Source: Prorocentrum cordatum
Taxonomy: Eukaryota
Assembly (NCBI GenBank): GCA_963575745.1
Contig: CAUYUJ010000303.1
Span: 1 to 64,000 of the forward strand
DNA length: 64,000 bases
Direction of reading: 5' to 3'
Positions within the stretch are counted from its first letter, which is position 1; each line of letters starts with the position of its first letter. Of this stretch, positions 47,901 through 60,899 are shown in pieces. The position numbers were made by a program, and so were the translations under genes. Under the pieces are notes generated by a model. It saw nothing but the letters and a program-made list of their open reading frames with translations, had not been told where the DNA came from and searched no databases.

Positions 47901-49365
47901 GAGACCACGCCTGCAAAGTATCCACGAGGGTCTCGTCTCGGGCGGGCAATCCGTATCAGAGCATCGGCGGTGAATGCTGTCACTCTTCTCCGATATGTGA
48001 CGCAGTTCTACCCCGTCTCGAATGAGGCTGTCAGGGCCGAAGATCACGCGAGCCAGAAGCGGATGGCCTGTCATGCGCGCGGGGCTCTGAGTCGTGGGAC
48101 TGGACATCGAGTTGCCTGACATAGTCATTATTGGCTTGGCGACTTCAGGTTCGTCTCGCGCGCCACTTTGCTGCCCCCTCGAAAGTTCGCCCCCTCAATG
48201 GGGACCTAGTGGCACAAGATGTTTCTCACCTGGCCGCGAGCGGTCTCCATGGTGGCATCGCTCTCTTGCGCATTCAATGGTCATGGCCCGGCAGTCTAAC
48301 GTTCTTCTCTTTGAGAACAGGCGGGCGGCCTCAAAGTAAAGTTGCGTCGTCGTCCGAGGGCGCGCGCCCCCCATTCCTCCCCTTATCGGGCGCCCCCCTG
48401 ATGCGCGTCGCCCCTTGGCTTCCGGGGGCGCGCGCATCTCATGTGTTTGAGAGGTTTGTTCGGGTCTCCCGCGAGGTTGTCCAATTTCGCAGTTGTTGCC
48501 TGGGGGCGGCCGTTCGCCGCGTCGCGACTCGGGGCGTCCGCGCCGGTGCTTGATTTCATCGTGTCCTTGTTCGTTGTTGCTGGACAGATGGAATGGAAGG
48601 CGCCAAGGGTTCTCTGGGGCATTATGCGGCATGGGTGGACTTTCGTCTTTGTCGTTCAGCTCTCGCTCCTCGCGTCGTCCATTTTTGGCCGCAGTTCTTG
48701 GTTCCGACGTTTCGTTCTCGCGTTCTCGCCACCGTGACATATTCTGCGCTTGATGTGTGCAAGCATGGTAGATGCTTCCCTTTTTACCCAGGCTGGCAGT
48801 TGCCCCCCCCCCTCCCCCCCTTCCCCCATCAACGTTGGTAGGGCCCGATTTCGATAGCACGGCTGGCGCCGCCCCAGGGTTCGGGCCGCCTGGCCAGGGA
48901 GCCATGGCTGAGAGATGGCCGCTTACATACTCTATCTCGGGGGTGTAGAGTTTCTCTTCTTTTTCCTCTTGATCATCTGCAGCGCGGCCGTCGATCTGGC
49001 GACGCCGATGGAGATGCTCGCCGCTTATTTCCGCGATGAGACCTCGGGCATCGTTGCCACCGGCGGCGTGGTTTCCGCTCCTCCTGCGCGGCGCCGGCTT
49101 TCGATGAAGTTTACTAGGTCGGGAGCCCTGAGACGGGGGTCAATGCAGACGGGGGTCAGCCAGGGCGCCAGATCCTGCAGGATCCTGCGAAGACCCCCTC
49201 GGGCTGACCCGGGTTAGGGAGCCGCGAGGCGGCCGCACATATTGACCGACCCGGGTTTGCGAAGATCTGCGTTGCAGTTTTGTTTCCTGCATTGCAGTTT
49301 TTTTGGATTTCTGCTGACACGGGTCTGGATTGACCCGGGTCAGAAGATCCCCGACTACACTTTGG

Positions 49366-49518
49366 GCGATGCTTAAGAAAACCTAAGTTTTCGGCCAGAG
49401 TCTCGATTATTCTTAACGTTTCAATGTAAATCCTAAGATTTCAATGGAAATGTTGGGTTTTTTTACGCAAGTTCTGAGACTATGAATTTCTGAACCCATG
49501 ATTTCTTAAGCATTTCGC
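49366..49518. mobile_element. AT-rich MITE
   Basis: Imperfect TIR GCGATGCTTAAGAAA / TTTCTTAAGCATTTCGC. Confidence 0.7.
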
Positions 49519-49687
49519 AGGGTGTAGGCTGCGCGTTTGGTCGGGGCTCCTTCTGTTTTCTTCGTTCCTTTGTGTGCCCTGCGCGCTCTCCCATGCGCGC
49601 CCCTGCGCTGCTGCCCTGCTGCGCTGGCGCGGCTGCCTGCGCGCTGCCGCGTTCGCCTGGGCCCCTCGCCTGGCTCGGCCCCTGACA

Positions 49688-49868
49688 CTGGGTAGTCGAA
49701 GGCCAGACTGTCAGATTGGACTGGGCCCCAATGGCCAATTTGGCCCGGCCAAACTGGATGATTTGGGCTATTCGCCAGACTGGATTCGCGTTGGCTCCCT
49801 CGCCAGATTGCCCCCGTTTGCCAGATTGGGCCTGCCTGATTGGCGCCAGATTGGTTTCGACTACCCAG
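49688..49868. mobile_element. 181-bp MITE (CTGGGTAGTCGAAG TIR), copy 2
   Basis: Same TIR as copy 1. Flanked by a 24-bp direct repeat (23/24 identical) at 49664-49687 and 49869-49892. Confidence 0.92.
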
Positions 49869-49946
49869 CCTCGCCTGGCTCGGTCCCTGACAGCCCGCCA
49901 TCGAGAAATGGGTGCGTCGATGTCTGTTCCTTCATTATGCAGGAGG

Positions 49947-49998
<52 letters not shown>

Positions 49999-50684
49999 CA
50001 TGAATCGTCGATCCCCCGGAAAATATGGGAAAATACGGGAAGTGGGGGGGGAGACAAGAACCCAGAAAATATTTGAAAATATGGGGAATCCTGTTATTTG
50101 CGTGTATTTATTTGTGTGTCCCATGGCCCCTGCAATTATGCCTGCCCTCTCCCACTTGCGTCGTCGCACCAGCGCGCCGTTGCGCTCTCTCTGCGCCGCG
50201 GCCCCGCGGCGCCACCGCGCGGGCAGCTTCGGTGGCCCCGCCGAAGGCTCTCTCGCTGCCTTGTGTCGATGCCGGCGCAGGTGGGCAGACGCCCGCGGTC
50301 GCTCGTCGGCGATTCGGCACCCACGGTTTGCTTGACGTAGGTGTTCGCAACAAGGCACCCGTGGGGCTTTTGCTGATCCGGCGCTCGTCGATGCCCCTTC
50401 CTGCGCGCCGCATTTTCGACGAAGCACTGGGGCTGCCGCCCCACCCCGACCCCTCCTCGGCCACAGGGGCCGCGCGGGCCACCTCGGGCTTGGTCGTTGG
50501 CTTCGTTGCTGATCGTTTCCCGTCTCTCAACCCTTCTTTGCCCCGGCAGTAACTCGCGCGCTGGATATGGGGCCTGATGGCGAGCGCGGACCCGCAGTCT
50601 TCATTCGAATGCCGATCGATTGCTGAACGACTTGCTTCGTTACCGTCGTTATTGCATCATTGCCACCCGTCTGCTGGGGAACAA

Positions 50685-50731
50685 GTCATCATCGTCATCA
50701 TCCGTATCATCCGTATCATCAGCATTGTCGC

Positions 50732-50800
<69 letters not shown>

Positions 50801-50960
50801 AACCACCATCATCACCACCACCACCATCACCACCACCATCACCACCACCATCACCACCACCATCACCGTCACCATCACCATGACCATCCATCATCGTCAC
50901 CAGCATTATCATCATAGACACCGCCATCATCGTCGCCGTCACCACCGTCATCGCCATCAG
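50685..50960. repeat. (CAT)n/(CAC)n microsatellite
   Basis: Directly visible. Confidence 0.95.
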
Positions 50961-51764
50961 CTTCGGTACCTCCCTCATACGCTACGTGGCCCCGTAGGGG
51001 GCTCCACCGAAGGCCCCAGCGGCGCAGCTCGCATGCGTCCCCGCCGCACATGTTGGCACACCCCTCACACGCTTCGTGACCCCATGGCGAGCTCCACCGA
51101 AGGTCCAGGCGGCGCAGCTCGCATGCGTCACCAATTTCTGCACAACCCTTACGTTTTCGTGGCCCCGTACGGAGCCGCCTCCAAACCCCGTAGCGAATTC
51201 CACGGATGGTCCAGTGGCGCAGCCCGCATGCGCCCACGCCACCGATTCCGGCACGCACCTCGAGCGCCTCGTGGCCCCACAGGGAGCTCCGGCGAGGAGC
51301 ACAGTGGCCCCGCCCGCATGCGCCCCCGCCACCCATCTCGGCACATCCTTGCACGTTCCATGGCCCCATGTGGACTTCCACTGAAGATCCCGGTGGCGCA
51401 GCCCGCATGCGTCCGCGCCACTTATTTCGGCACACACCTCTCTCACACGCTGCGTGGCCACATGGGGAGCTTCACGGAAGGTCCCAATGGCGCAGCCCGC
51501 ATGCGCCGCCGCCACAAATTTGGGCATTCCCCGCACACGGTCCAAAACCAGATAGTAAGCCCAACTTATGGTCCCGATGGCACAGCCCGCATGCGTCCCC
51601 GCCGCCCATTTCGCCACACCCCTCACACGCTTCGTTGGCCCATAGGGAGCTTCACCGACGGCATGCATCCCCGCCACACATTCCGCCACGCCCTTCACGC
51701 GCCTCGTGGCCCCGTAGGGAGCTCCACTGAAGGCCTCAGCGCGCAGCTCGCACGCGCCCCCGTC

Positions 51765-51945
51765 CTGGGTAGTCGAAGGCCAGACCGTCAGATTGGACTG
51801 GGCCCCAAGGGCCAATCTGGCCCGGCCAAACTGGATGATTTGGGTTATTCGCCAGACTGGATTCGCGTTGGCTCCCTCGCCAGATTGCCCCCGTTTGCCA
51901 GATTGGGCCTGCCAGATTGGCGCCAGATTGGCTTCGACTACCCAG
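51765..51945. mobile_element. 181-bp MITE (CTGGGTAGTCGAAG TIR), copy 3
   Basis: Same TIR as copy 1; 5-bp TSD CCGTC (51760-51764, 51946-51950). Confidence 0.92.
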
Positions 51946-52109
51946 CCGTCACCGATGTTGGCACACTTCCGGACGACTCGAGGCCCCGCGGGGAGATCCA
52001 GCGGAGACCCCGGCAAGCTCCGCGGCCCCACCGCGAACTCCACCGAAGGTCCTGCGGCGCAGCCCGCATGCGTTCCCAACACCAATCTCGGCACACACAC
52101 ACACACATA

Positions 52110-52290
52110 CTCCAGATTTCGTAATAAAGGGAGGGGGGTCTCATTTCGGGGGGGGTCTCTTCCAGGCTATCTTGGAGGGCCTGGGGGGGTCTGGAGACGA
52201 TGTTTTGGAGGGTTCTCCCACGGGGGGGGGGTCTAAAACTTCTCGTCTGGGAGGGTTGAGACCCCCTCCCTTTTATTACGAAATCTGGAG
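52110..52290. mobile_element. Tc1/mariner-type (Stowaway-like) MITE in a (CA)n tract
   Basis: TA|CTCCAGATTTCGTAATAAAGGGAGGGG...CCCCTCCCTTTTATTACGAAATCTGGAG|TA. Confidence 0.88.
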
Positions 52291-52579
52291 TACACACACA
52301 CACACACACCCCTCGCATGCTTCGGGCCCCGTAGGGGCCCACGTCCCCGCTGGGTGCGCCCACATGGGGGTCCCGCCGAGTTTCGGCGCACACTCCACGC
52401 GCTTCACGCGCTTCGTGGCCCCGTGGGGAGCGCCACCGAAGGCGAAGGTTTTTTGTGCTTTTGGTCGGTGCGCGAACCATGCTGAACTGAGCGCTGGTCG
52501 CGCGGGCGTTGCCCACGGCGCACACTTCATTAGCGGGCTCCTGGCGCGGTTCGGCGAAGCGCCGCCGTGCCAGGATCGC

Positions 52580-53135
52580 CCAGCCCTGGAGGGAGGAGTG
52601 TAGACGGGACGCATGGGAAAGAGTGGTCGAGGTAGGTTAGCCTTGTGGAGGCCGATCAATGGAGAGGAAGCATGCTGCCAAATCATTTCCAGATGTCTAA
52701 AGCATGTGTTAAACATGTTCTAAACATCTAAAAATGATCAAAACATGCTTAGAACATGTTCCCACATTTTGAACACATGTTACATTCGATGATAGGACTG
52801 TTAGAGTGTCCGTTGCCATGGCATCTACAAGGCTAGCCGTGATCGTTCGGGCGGTGGGGTGTGGCGTTCTGGCGGGTCACGCCGCCTTTGCAAGCCTCGG
52901 CCAAACTGACTGCCCTCCCACGGGGGTAAGGGCCGCTGGCCAAGCAGGAACTAGAGGACCCCACGGACAGGAGTCTGCGCCGGCCGCCTGTGCAGCGTGG
53001 AGGAAGACTGGAAGGGGGCGAGGCCGCAGTGCAGGCGCCGACTGCATCGCATGCGCCCCTGCATTCGAATCACACAACTAGGCTGCCGTCAGGCGCTGGG
53101 CGGTCGGCCGGAAGCGCAGGGCCGCGGCGACCGCC
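52580..53135 (+). repeat. ~400-bp dispersed repeat; paralogue at ~53975-54680
   Basis: Shared blocks CCAGCCCTGGAGGGAGGAG, CATGGGAAAGAG.GGTCGAGGTAGG, CCCCACGGACA and GCGTGGAGGAAGAC. Each copy carries different inserts. Confidence 0.8.
52641..52832 (-). mobile_element. 'TTGTGGA...AACATGTT' MITE, complete copy
   Basis: TIR (G)CCTTGTGGAGGCC / GGCATCTACAAGG(C). It is absent from the paralogous site at 54231-54249. Confidence 0.85.
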
Positions 53136-53619
53136 GAGCAGTCTGGCGTGCTCCCGTTGGGGCTCTCGTTGTTGTCTTCTTTGTTCCTCTGGTGCCCCTG
53201 TGTTTGCTCCCCTGCTGCTGCTGCTGCTGCTGATCTCTCTCGCTGCTGCTGCTGCTGTGCGCCCTCTCTGGCGCGTCCCTCTGCTGCTGCCCCGCTGCGC
53301 TCGTTCCGCTGCCTGCGCGCTGTGGCGTGTGGTCGGGTCCTTGGCTTGGCTCGGTCCCTGACGGCCCGTTCTCGTGACGTGGAGGCGTCATCCTCTGTCC
53401 CTGCTCTCTGTCTGCCCTCCCTGAATGGCGCCTTTGCACCAGCGCGCTGTTTCGCTCTCTCTGCATCGCGGCCCCCCGGCGCCGCCGCACGTGCATGCTC
53501 GGCAGGTTCCCGAAAGCCTCTCTTTCTGCCTCCTCTCCACGTCGGCGTGGGGGGGCAGATCTCCGCGGTCGCTCTCCAGCGATCTGGCACCTGCGGCTTG
53601 CTTGACGACGGGTATTGGC

Positions 53620-53747
53620 TTAAGTCGGGCACGTCCCTCTACAGGAGGAAGAGTCAAAGACAGTCAAAATATACCCAGGGGACAGTTTTGGGGGTGTTTT
53701 TTATTTTTCGCCCCAAATCCCCCTGTAGGGGGACAGGCCCGACTTAA
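53620..53747. mobile_element. MITE, family TTAAGTCGGGC...GCCCGACTTAA, copy 2
   Basis: Same TIR as 1446-1603. Confidence 0.8.
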
Positions 53748-54004
53748 TGCCAGGGCAGTAGTTCGAACAGTGGATGTGGGCTTGGATGGTAAGGCGCTCT
53801 TGCGGTCTTTAGTTATTAAGCCGATGGATTGTTGAAAGACTGGCTTCGTTTACGTCATCATGCCACCACTGCACTGGGCGTTGGTCGCGAGGGCGTTGCC
53901 CGCAGCGTGCAGTTAGTTTGTCAACGGGGGCTCCCGGCGTGGCCTTGGCGAAGTGCGATCGTGCCCGAAACGGCCAGCCCTGGAGGGAGGAGGGCATATG
54001 TCGG

Positions 54005-54190
54005 CGGGGAGCCTGGGGAAGAAGTGAGAGTGGGCGGGCTTTCTCAGAAGGCTCGGAAGTCCCCTGGCCTTCTGAGAAGTTTTCTGAGCCTTCCCCGAAA
54101 ACAACAAGATTTCTCAGAAGGCCCGAGGGCTTCTGAGAAGCCCCGCCGCCTTCTGAGAGGGCCTTCTCCTTCTCATTTCCCCCCCCTCGC
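54005..54190. mobile_element. Palindromic insert with TTCTCAGAAG/CTTCTGAGAA subrepeats (MITE-like)
   Basis: Absent from the paralogue at ~52600; contains nested inverted repeats. Confidence 0.6.
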
Positions 54191-55359
54191 TCGCCGCCGA
54201 ATATGGAGACACATGGGAAAGAGGGGTCGAGGTAGGCCAGCCGTGATCGTTCCCATCGCTGACGCCGGGCAGTACGAGGAGGTCTCCGACTTTCGCGGCC
54301 ATTGCCAACGCCCCGAAGGGCTGAGGCCTGGAGCAGCCCGGGGCCGTACCCGTCCGCGGATCACATGCCCCCAATATTTTGCTCAAGTGGTAGGGTGTGG
54401 CGCGCTGGCGGATCACGCTCCATTTTGCCAGGCTCGGCCAAACCGAGTCTATTCTCACGGGAGTAAGAACCGCAGGCCGAGCAGAAACGAATGGGCCCCA
54501 CGGACAAAAGTGCGTGCCGGCTGCCTTCTGCCGTGCGGCGTGGAGGAAGACCAGCTGGGAAGGGTCCAGGCCACAGCGTAGGCGCCGAATACATCGCAGG
54601 CGCCCCTGCGTTCGAGCCTAATGGTGGTCAGCCGATAGCGCGGGGCCGCGGCGACCTCCGAGCACTTTGGCGTGCTCTCGCAAGGTGTTTCACGAAGAAG
54701 GAATGTGGAGGAAGAGGAGGAGGAGGAAGAGGAGGAGGAGGAGGAGGAGCCCGAGGAGGAGGAGGAGGGAACATAAACGGAAGGATGAGGCAAGGGGAAC
54801 CAGAAATTAATGAACAGTAATGGATGGGCAGGTGAGGTGATTACTATGATGGCTCTACCAGTTAGGGGTGGCTTGGGGGATATCAGGGCCGTCTCGAGAC
54901 ATGAAGCAACCATGCTGCACCATGCGAGCGTCTCGGGGTATCCTTCACACCCCTGGAAGGCCCCAACGCCATGAACGCATCAAGAGGGTGGTGATTGCCC
55001 GCCACCGTGCCAGCCCAGTTCTATCGAAGGCGATCATTCGAAGGACGTCAGGAGGCTGCAACATGTGAACCTATCCGCGTGACATGTAGAGTGTGCGTTG
55101 ACGGTTGGAGCAACGTTCATAACTCTGTCACATGTAATGTTTCGGCTGTTTTGAGGATGTCTGGGGTCATTCGAAGTCGACCTGGGGCGGAGCAGGAATA
55201 TGTAAACAATGGATAAAGGAGAGTGGGAACACCGAGGAGGAGGGTGAGGAGGAGGATCATTGCAGTGGACATATACGATGTGGAACATTGCGATGGTGAT
55301 GATTTTGAGATGTGGCGATGATCGACCTCACTTCTTGAGGAGCTCTCATGGTGCTCATG

Positions 55360-55885
55360 TGGGCTGTCTTGGGCTCATGTGGTGTGGTATTGGGTGTCCC
55401 TTAGGGCCCTCTTGGGCCGTGTTGGGGCTCTCTTGAGCCGTCTTGGGGTCCTCTTGGCCGTCTGGGAGTTCTCTTGAGGCTGTCGGAGCCGGCGGGCCGT
55501 CGAGAGGCTCTTTAAGGTAGCCGCGGGTCCTTCCTGAGGCTTCTTCGGCAGTTTGGGGTTCTCTTGGGGCCGTTAGGGGAATCTTGAGGCCTTCTTGACA
55601 GATCACATTGCCATTTTGCCACCCTCTGGGCCGTCCTGAGGCCATCTTGGAGTCCTCTAGCGCCGCCTTGAGCTGATAGAAGCCCGACGAGGTGAAGATA
55701 ATGAAACCTGAAGAAAATCAGTGACTTTGACCCTGCAGTGCGTCCTTCTATGGTCCTCTTGGATCGTATGGTTGGCCTCCTGGGCCGTCTTCAGACTGTC
55801 TTGATCCATACTGGGGCAATCCTGGGCTGTTTTAGATGCGTCTGGGGCCAGTTTGCAGGTCTTGGTGGCCTGCCTCGACCATCTT
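55360..55885. repeat. Decayed GGGGCCTCTT-type satellite element
   Basis: TCTTGGGGCC/GGGCCGTCTT motifs, as in 36020-36660. Confidence 0.7.
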
Positions 55886-57229
55886 GGAAGCTCGGGGGCG
55901 CGGATTCATTGTCTTGTACGTTGGAGCGTGGCCTCGAGAGAGCGGGCCCAATTGCTCTGTACCAGGGAGAGGCGCCTCGGCAGCGCGGATGTAAGCCGCT
56001 TTTTAAAAGGGATCGTGACCGCGGTGGAGCGGGTTCAAGTCGTTTTCACCCGGGAAAACGAGGATGCATTGAGAACTCTGCGACTAGGGGCGGGGCTCCT
56101 AGAAGACGTACAGAGACTGTACCAGCAGTATTTGGCATTCTACCACGCCTCAGCGTGCCGGGGGGCACGGTGGCGGATACGGAGGCTCTGGATTGTTGAG
56201 CAGTGAGTTGCTCTGGACATAGCGATCGGACTGGGCTTTGCTTCCTTGAACCTGTCAAGGTTCCAGTTTGGCCAGAAATCCTGGAGAGTTGGGTTGTGGG
56301 GGTGGTACGTTTTAGACGGCAACGGGACAGTGAGCGTTGGAGAGACGTTCACAGGTCCACTTCTGATTGAATGGATCGACGCGTGCAAGGTGTGACGAAC
56401 TGTTCCTTGCGGCCCGGTGGTTTAGGTGCTTGGGATGGCACAAGAGTGTCGGCCTTGGTTATGTCTCGTCTGACTGCGCAGCTCCGCGTGCAACTCGCCT
56501 TATCATGTCCAACCCACTTGTTCAATTCATGATTGCCGATTCACTCCGAGCATCTGCCCGTCCGAATCATCATTGTTCTCCAAAGGGGTGATGCGCTTGC
56601 GCGTCCACATCATGTTGAATATACAATCGCCAGCAGACCCGCGAGAGGCACATATTGGTTTGCGCCGTGCAAACATCTGTTGTGTACAGCCTTCTCTTGA
56701 TCCTCTTTTGTTCAAATACGCAAAACCCCCTGCGCCAGATAGACTCGCACGCAGAGCTCGTTCAAGAGCTGAAGCAGGCTAATGCGTAGCAACGACGTGT
56801 GCCCAGTCTTCTATGTTTCTTGTCGCTTGCTCTGCGGGGCGGTGCGATGACGATGCTAGGTGCATCTCATAGCTGGATCCCATCCCCGTGTGGCTTAGAC
56901 GGTAAGTACTTATTCCGGTCCTCACTTAATATCGGTACGGGGGTCACCCAACCATTTCTGGCTGAAATGGGTCTGAAAGCTATTCGGAACCGACCCCCTC
57001 GCCCCTCCTTGGGCTGACCAGGCATCGGGTGATACATCGTCAGGAGGAAATCTTAGACACAAGCGCGAATACTCTCCGCTCCTCTCCGAAATATGGGAAC
57101 ATGCCAGACATGGAGGGGAAGGTGAGCATCCAGGACATCAGCGTCCGCACAATTATGTATTTATACAGATATTTACACACATAATCAGCAATCCCACCCC
57201 ACACACGCACACACACACACACACGAATC

Positions 57230-57900
57230 CTATGAGACCGCAGAGCGTTATGGACCTTGTGAGACTTCCAGATTCGGCGGGATCGCTGGCGCTCACGGGC
57301 CGTATGAACCCTCCGAGCCTTCAGAGCCCCATGGGCCCTGAGCCTCGCGGGCTCTGCCCTGCAGGCTCTCCGGGCCTTCTGCAGCGCATGAGCCCCGCGA
57401 GCTGTATGAGCCCTCGGAGAACCGTGGGCACCATGAGCCCTGCAGTCTCTACGGGCTCTACGCGCCCTATGGGCCGCATCAGTATCAGCCCTTCGGGACC
57501 CTTACGGGCCCCGTGGGCCACGTGGGCCACGTGAGCCTTCGAAGCCTTCTGGGCGACATGAGCCTTACGGGCCCTGCGGGCTTCCTAGGCCCTATGGGCC
57601 GCACGAGCCCCGCGAGCCCTATGAGCCCTCGTTCCGCAGGCTCTCCAGGCCCGATGAGCCGCATGAGCCCTGCGGGCCCCTTACGGGCAACATTGGCCTC
57701 GCGAGCCCCATGGGCCCTGGGCGTCCCCAGGCGCCTCCCTGATCGCTGCAAGACCGCCCAAGAAGAATTGAATACCGCCCACCAAACTGCCCCAGGAGTG
57801 CCCACGAACCCTTCGAGAGACCCCAAGACGCCCCCAAGAGGTCCCCAAGACGGCCCAGCATTGCCCCACGAGAGCCCCCATATAGCCCGAACAGGGCCAG
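57230..57900. repeat. ATGAGCCC/ACGGGCCC degenerate satellite followed by a reverse CCCCAAGA satellite
   Basis: Motif recurrence is directly visible. Confidence 0.75.
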
Positions 57901-58507
57901 CAAACATGAGCAAGCGGCCGCAGACGACAGCAAGTGTTGGTACGGTAGAATGCGGATCAAGCAGTTATGGATCTCATTGTTTCCGTGCCAGCGGACCAAG
58001 CGGTTCCCTTGCTAGGCCCTGCCCAGCAGGGCCCCGAGACGGCGAAGTTCCCCCAAGAGGTTCCCAAAAGTCCACCGAAAGGTAATCGTTGCCCTGTCCT
58101 ACGTTTGAGATTGCCCCGGGGCGATGAGGGAAATGAGTCATCGAGGCAGGGGGGGTGGACATACATCATCAGGATACGTAAATTTTGAGGATCAGGAGCA
58201 GGAGGAGGACGACGGAGAAGAGCAGACGTCGAGGAGTGGGAGGGGACTCCGGGCCCTCGACAAGCCCGACCCAAAACGCCTAGCCCTTAGCCGAGCCCTA
58301 CCTTTACCGCCCATCCACCCACTACATCCAAGGCTACGCTGGCCCTGACCCTAACCCGAGTACTGACTCCGATCGCACCCTACATCACGATTGTGCTGGC
58401 TTCGAGGCATGCAGCTTCCAGTTATTCGGAGCCTGCTACTTCCGCCCCGCCACGCGTTGGATTCCAAGCTAACTAGAACTTGAGAGCGCGCGAAGCGCGC
58501 GATAGCT

Positions 58508-59148
58508 AGATATGTACATACACATATATAGTTGCATGTACTTAGGTAGTTATGTATGCATGCATGCATGCATGCATTCATACATGTGCTAATGTATGTG
58601 TATATGTATGTATGCATGTATGTATGTATGTATGTAGGTACGTGTACATACATGCATGGATGTTTCTATGTGTATATACGTACATGCACGCATGTGTGTA
58701 TGGATGTATGTATGTTTGCATGTGTGTATGCATACATACATATGTATGTATGTATGTGCGTGAAGTGATGAATACATATACGTATGTACGTATGCATGTA
58801 TGTTAGTGTGTATGTGTGTACACGTGTACGTATGCGTGTATACATGAACGCACGCATGTATGTATGTAATACGTTATGGTTGCATGTATGTATGGTTGCA
58901 TGTATACATGCATGCATGTCTGTAACTATGTGTATACGTATAGTTGTGTGTATGCATGTATGCATGCATGCATACATGTGTGTGCGCATGTATGCGCATG
59001 CATGTGTGCGTGTGCGTGTATGCCCGTACGCGTGTTCGCGTGTACTCATGTTTGTGTGTATGTATGTATACATATATGTGCCTACGTGCGTATGTATATA
59101 TACGTGTGTATGTGTATGTTTGTGTGCATGTACATATATGTTTATAGA
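58508..59148. repeat. Purine-pyrimidine mosaic microsatellite (TATG/CATG/TG/TA)
   Basis: Directly visible. Confidence 0.95.
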
Positions 59149-59154
59149 CATTCT

Positions 59155-59875
59155 TTAGGCTTCGCGTATCCCCACCAGCCCATCTCACAACAGCAACTCT
59201 TGCGAAGCGTGCCGACAGTTGTGTTGTTCAGGCGTGTGTCCGCTTGGCCCCGCATATCTCCCCTGTTCCTCCTTCTTCCCGCCTCCTTGTGCATCCTCCT
59301 TGTGGGGGCAGCGGGAGAAGGACGACGCGGAAGAGGAGGGAGAGAAAGCGGTGGGAGGCAAGAGGGACTCAGCGGAGAGGACGATCTCAGCGATGATCGG
59401 AACAACGACGACGCACCCGACGACGACGACGATGTCGACCGCAACGACGACGACCACAACCGCGACGACGACGACGACGACGACGTCGACGACGACGACG
59501 ACGAAGGCGGCGGTGCGGGCCCTCGTTGTGTGAGTCCTTCGGCCCCGTCGTCTTTGTGTGAGTCTTTCGGGACCCTATTCCTGGTGTGAGTCGCTCGGTA
59601 TCCTCGTCGTGTGAGTCGTTCGGGCCCCTCCTCCTGGTGTGAGTCGTTCGGGCTCCTCGTGTTGTGAGTCGTTCGGGCTGCTCGTGGTGTGAGTCGTTTG
59701 GCCGCGTCGCCCTGGTGTGAGTCGTTCGGGCCCCTCGTCCTGGTGTGAGTCGTTCGCGCTCTTCGTGGTGTGAGTCGTTCGGGCCTCTCGTCCTGGTGTG
59801 AGTCGGTCGGGCTTCTCGTGGTGTGAGGCGTTTGGGCACTTCGTCCGCGTGCGAGTCGTTCGGGCCCTTCGTAGT
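59155..59875. repeat. Family A end motif, conserved ~180-bp block and ~28-bp GTGTGAGTCGTTCGGGC satellite
   Basis: Starts TAGGCTTCGCGTATCCCCACCAGCCC. The block 59170-59350 is repeated at 61009-61195. Confidence 0.8.
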
Positions 59876-59910
59876 AGGAGTCGTAGTCGTCGTCGAGTCC
59901 AGCGATCTCC

Positions 59911-59984
59911 CCGACCAGCGTCGTCGTTGTTGCCATTCTGGCTAACAGTATTTCAGTGTGGCTGTGAGCGTCGCTCCGCCTACC
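59911..59984 (+). repeat. SL-like plus hairpin motif, copy 1 (others at 62130-62203 and 63310-63378)
   Basis: CCAGCGT.GT.G.TGTTGCCA.T.TGGCT...AG.ATT...G..TGGCTGTGAGC-NNN-GCTCCGCC occurs in three copies. Confidence 0.8.
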
Positions 59985-60220
59985 AGGGATCCACGATCTT
60001 CAGGCTATACTAGTATACAAGGCTGTCAGGCTCAAGTTTTAGATTTCTTCAAGGCTTACCACAGGGTTTCTATGTGTACAAAAGCTGACAATGGACACTC
60101 GAGTCCGTTGGCGATCCTGCAGTCGCACGTTTCAGAAATGTCATATTGTCTTGGTTGTTTTGTGTTCAGTTGAATCATTTGCGGTCCTGTCTCAAGTTTT
60201 GTCTTCAAGTGAGTATTCCC

Positions 60221-60257
<37 letters not shown>

Positions 60258-60405
60258 CCTGCCTCTCGCTCCGGGCGGTCGTCTTGGCTGCTGGCAGCTG
60301 GGCGGCTCTGGGCGGCGTCGGGCTTCCGCTGACCGATTACTAGATGCATATATGTATATCTTGTACATGTATGGTGTGTCGACGTATATGTGTATATATA
60401 TGTAT

Positions 60406-60439
<34 letters not shown>

Positions 60440-60899
60440 AACACGGACGCAGTTGAGAGTCGATGGAGGGAGGGGGCCTGGCCCGCGGCCTAGGGCGGGG
60501 CCCGAGACTCTGGGACAGGACCCAGGGCCTCATCATCGTAGGATGCTCATCATTCTCATCATCCCTATGATGGCGGGGGAGGAGGAGGACAGCTACCAAC
60601 TGCGCGTTGGCGCCACCGCCGCCCCCCCGCGCCCGCCGGCGCACCCGCAGCGCGGCTGCGGGAGGGGCTGCGCCTCAATTCCTGCAGAGGCGGCCTGCAG
60701 GAATGTTTCAATTTTGGCGTCTTGTATAAACGCCCGGGCGGCCCGCCCTTTTTCGGGGGGCTGGCGGTTCACGGGGGAGGAGGAGACCATCATCACCCCC
60801 CCTGCCGCTTTCGCCTTCCCTCGACGACGATGTCGACGACTTCCCACGTTCTGGCTGAAATGCGGGCCCACTCTCCCTCGTTCGGGCCGCTTGTATTCT

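Larger units (their letters stand above)
50965..52445. repeat. ~90-bp tandem satellite (GGCGCAGCCCGCATGCG...GTGGCCCC..AGGGAGCTCCACCGAAGG) with two MITE insertions
   Basis: The anchor recurs at ~51021, 51111, 51216, 51306, 51396 and onward. Confidence 0.88.
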
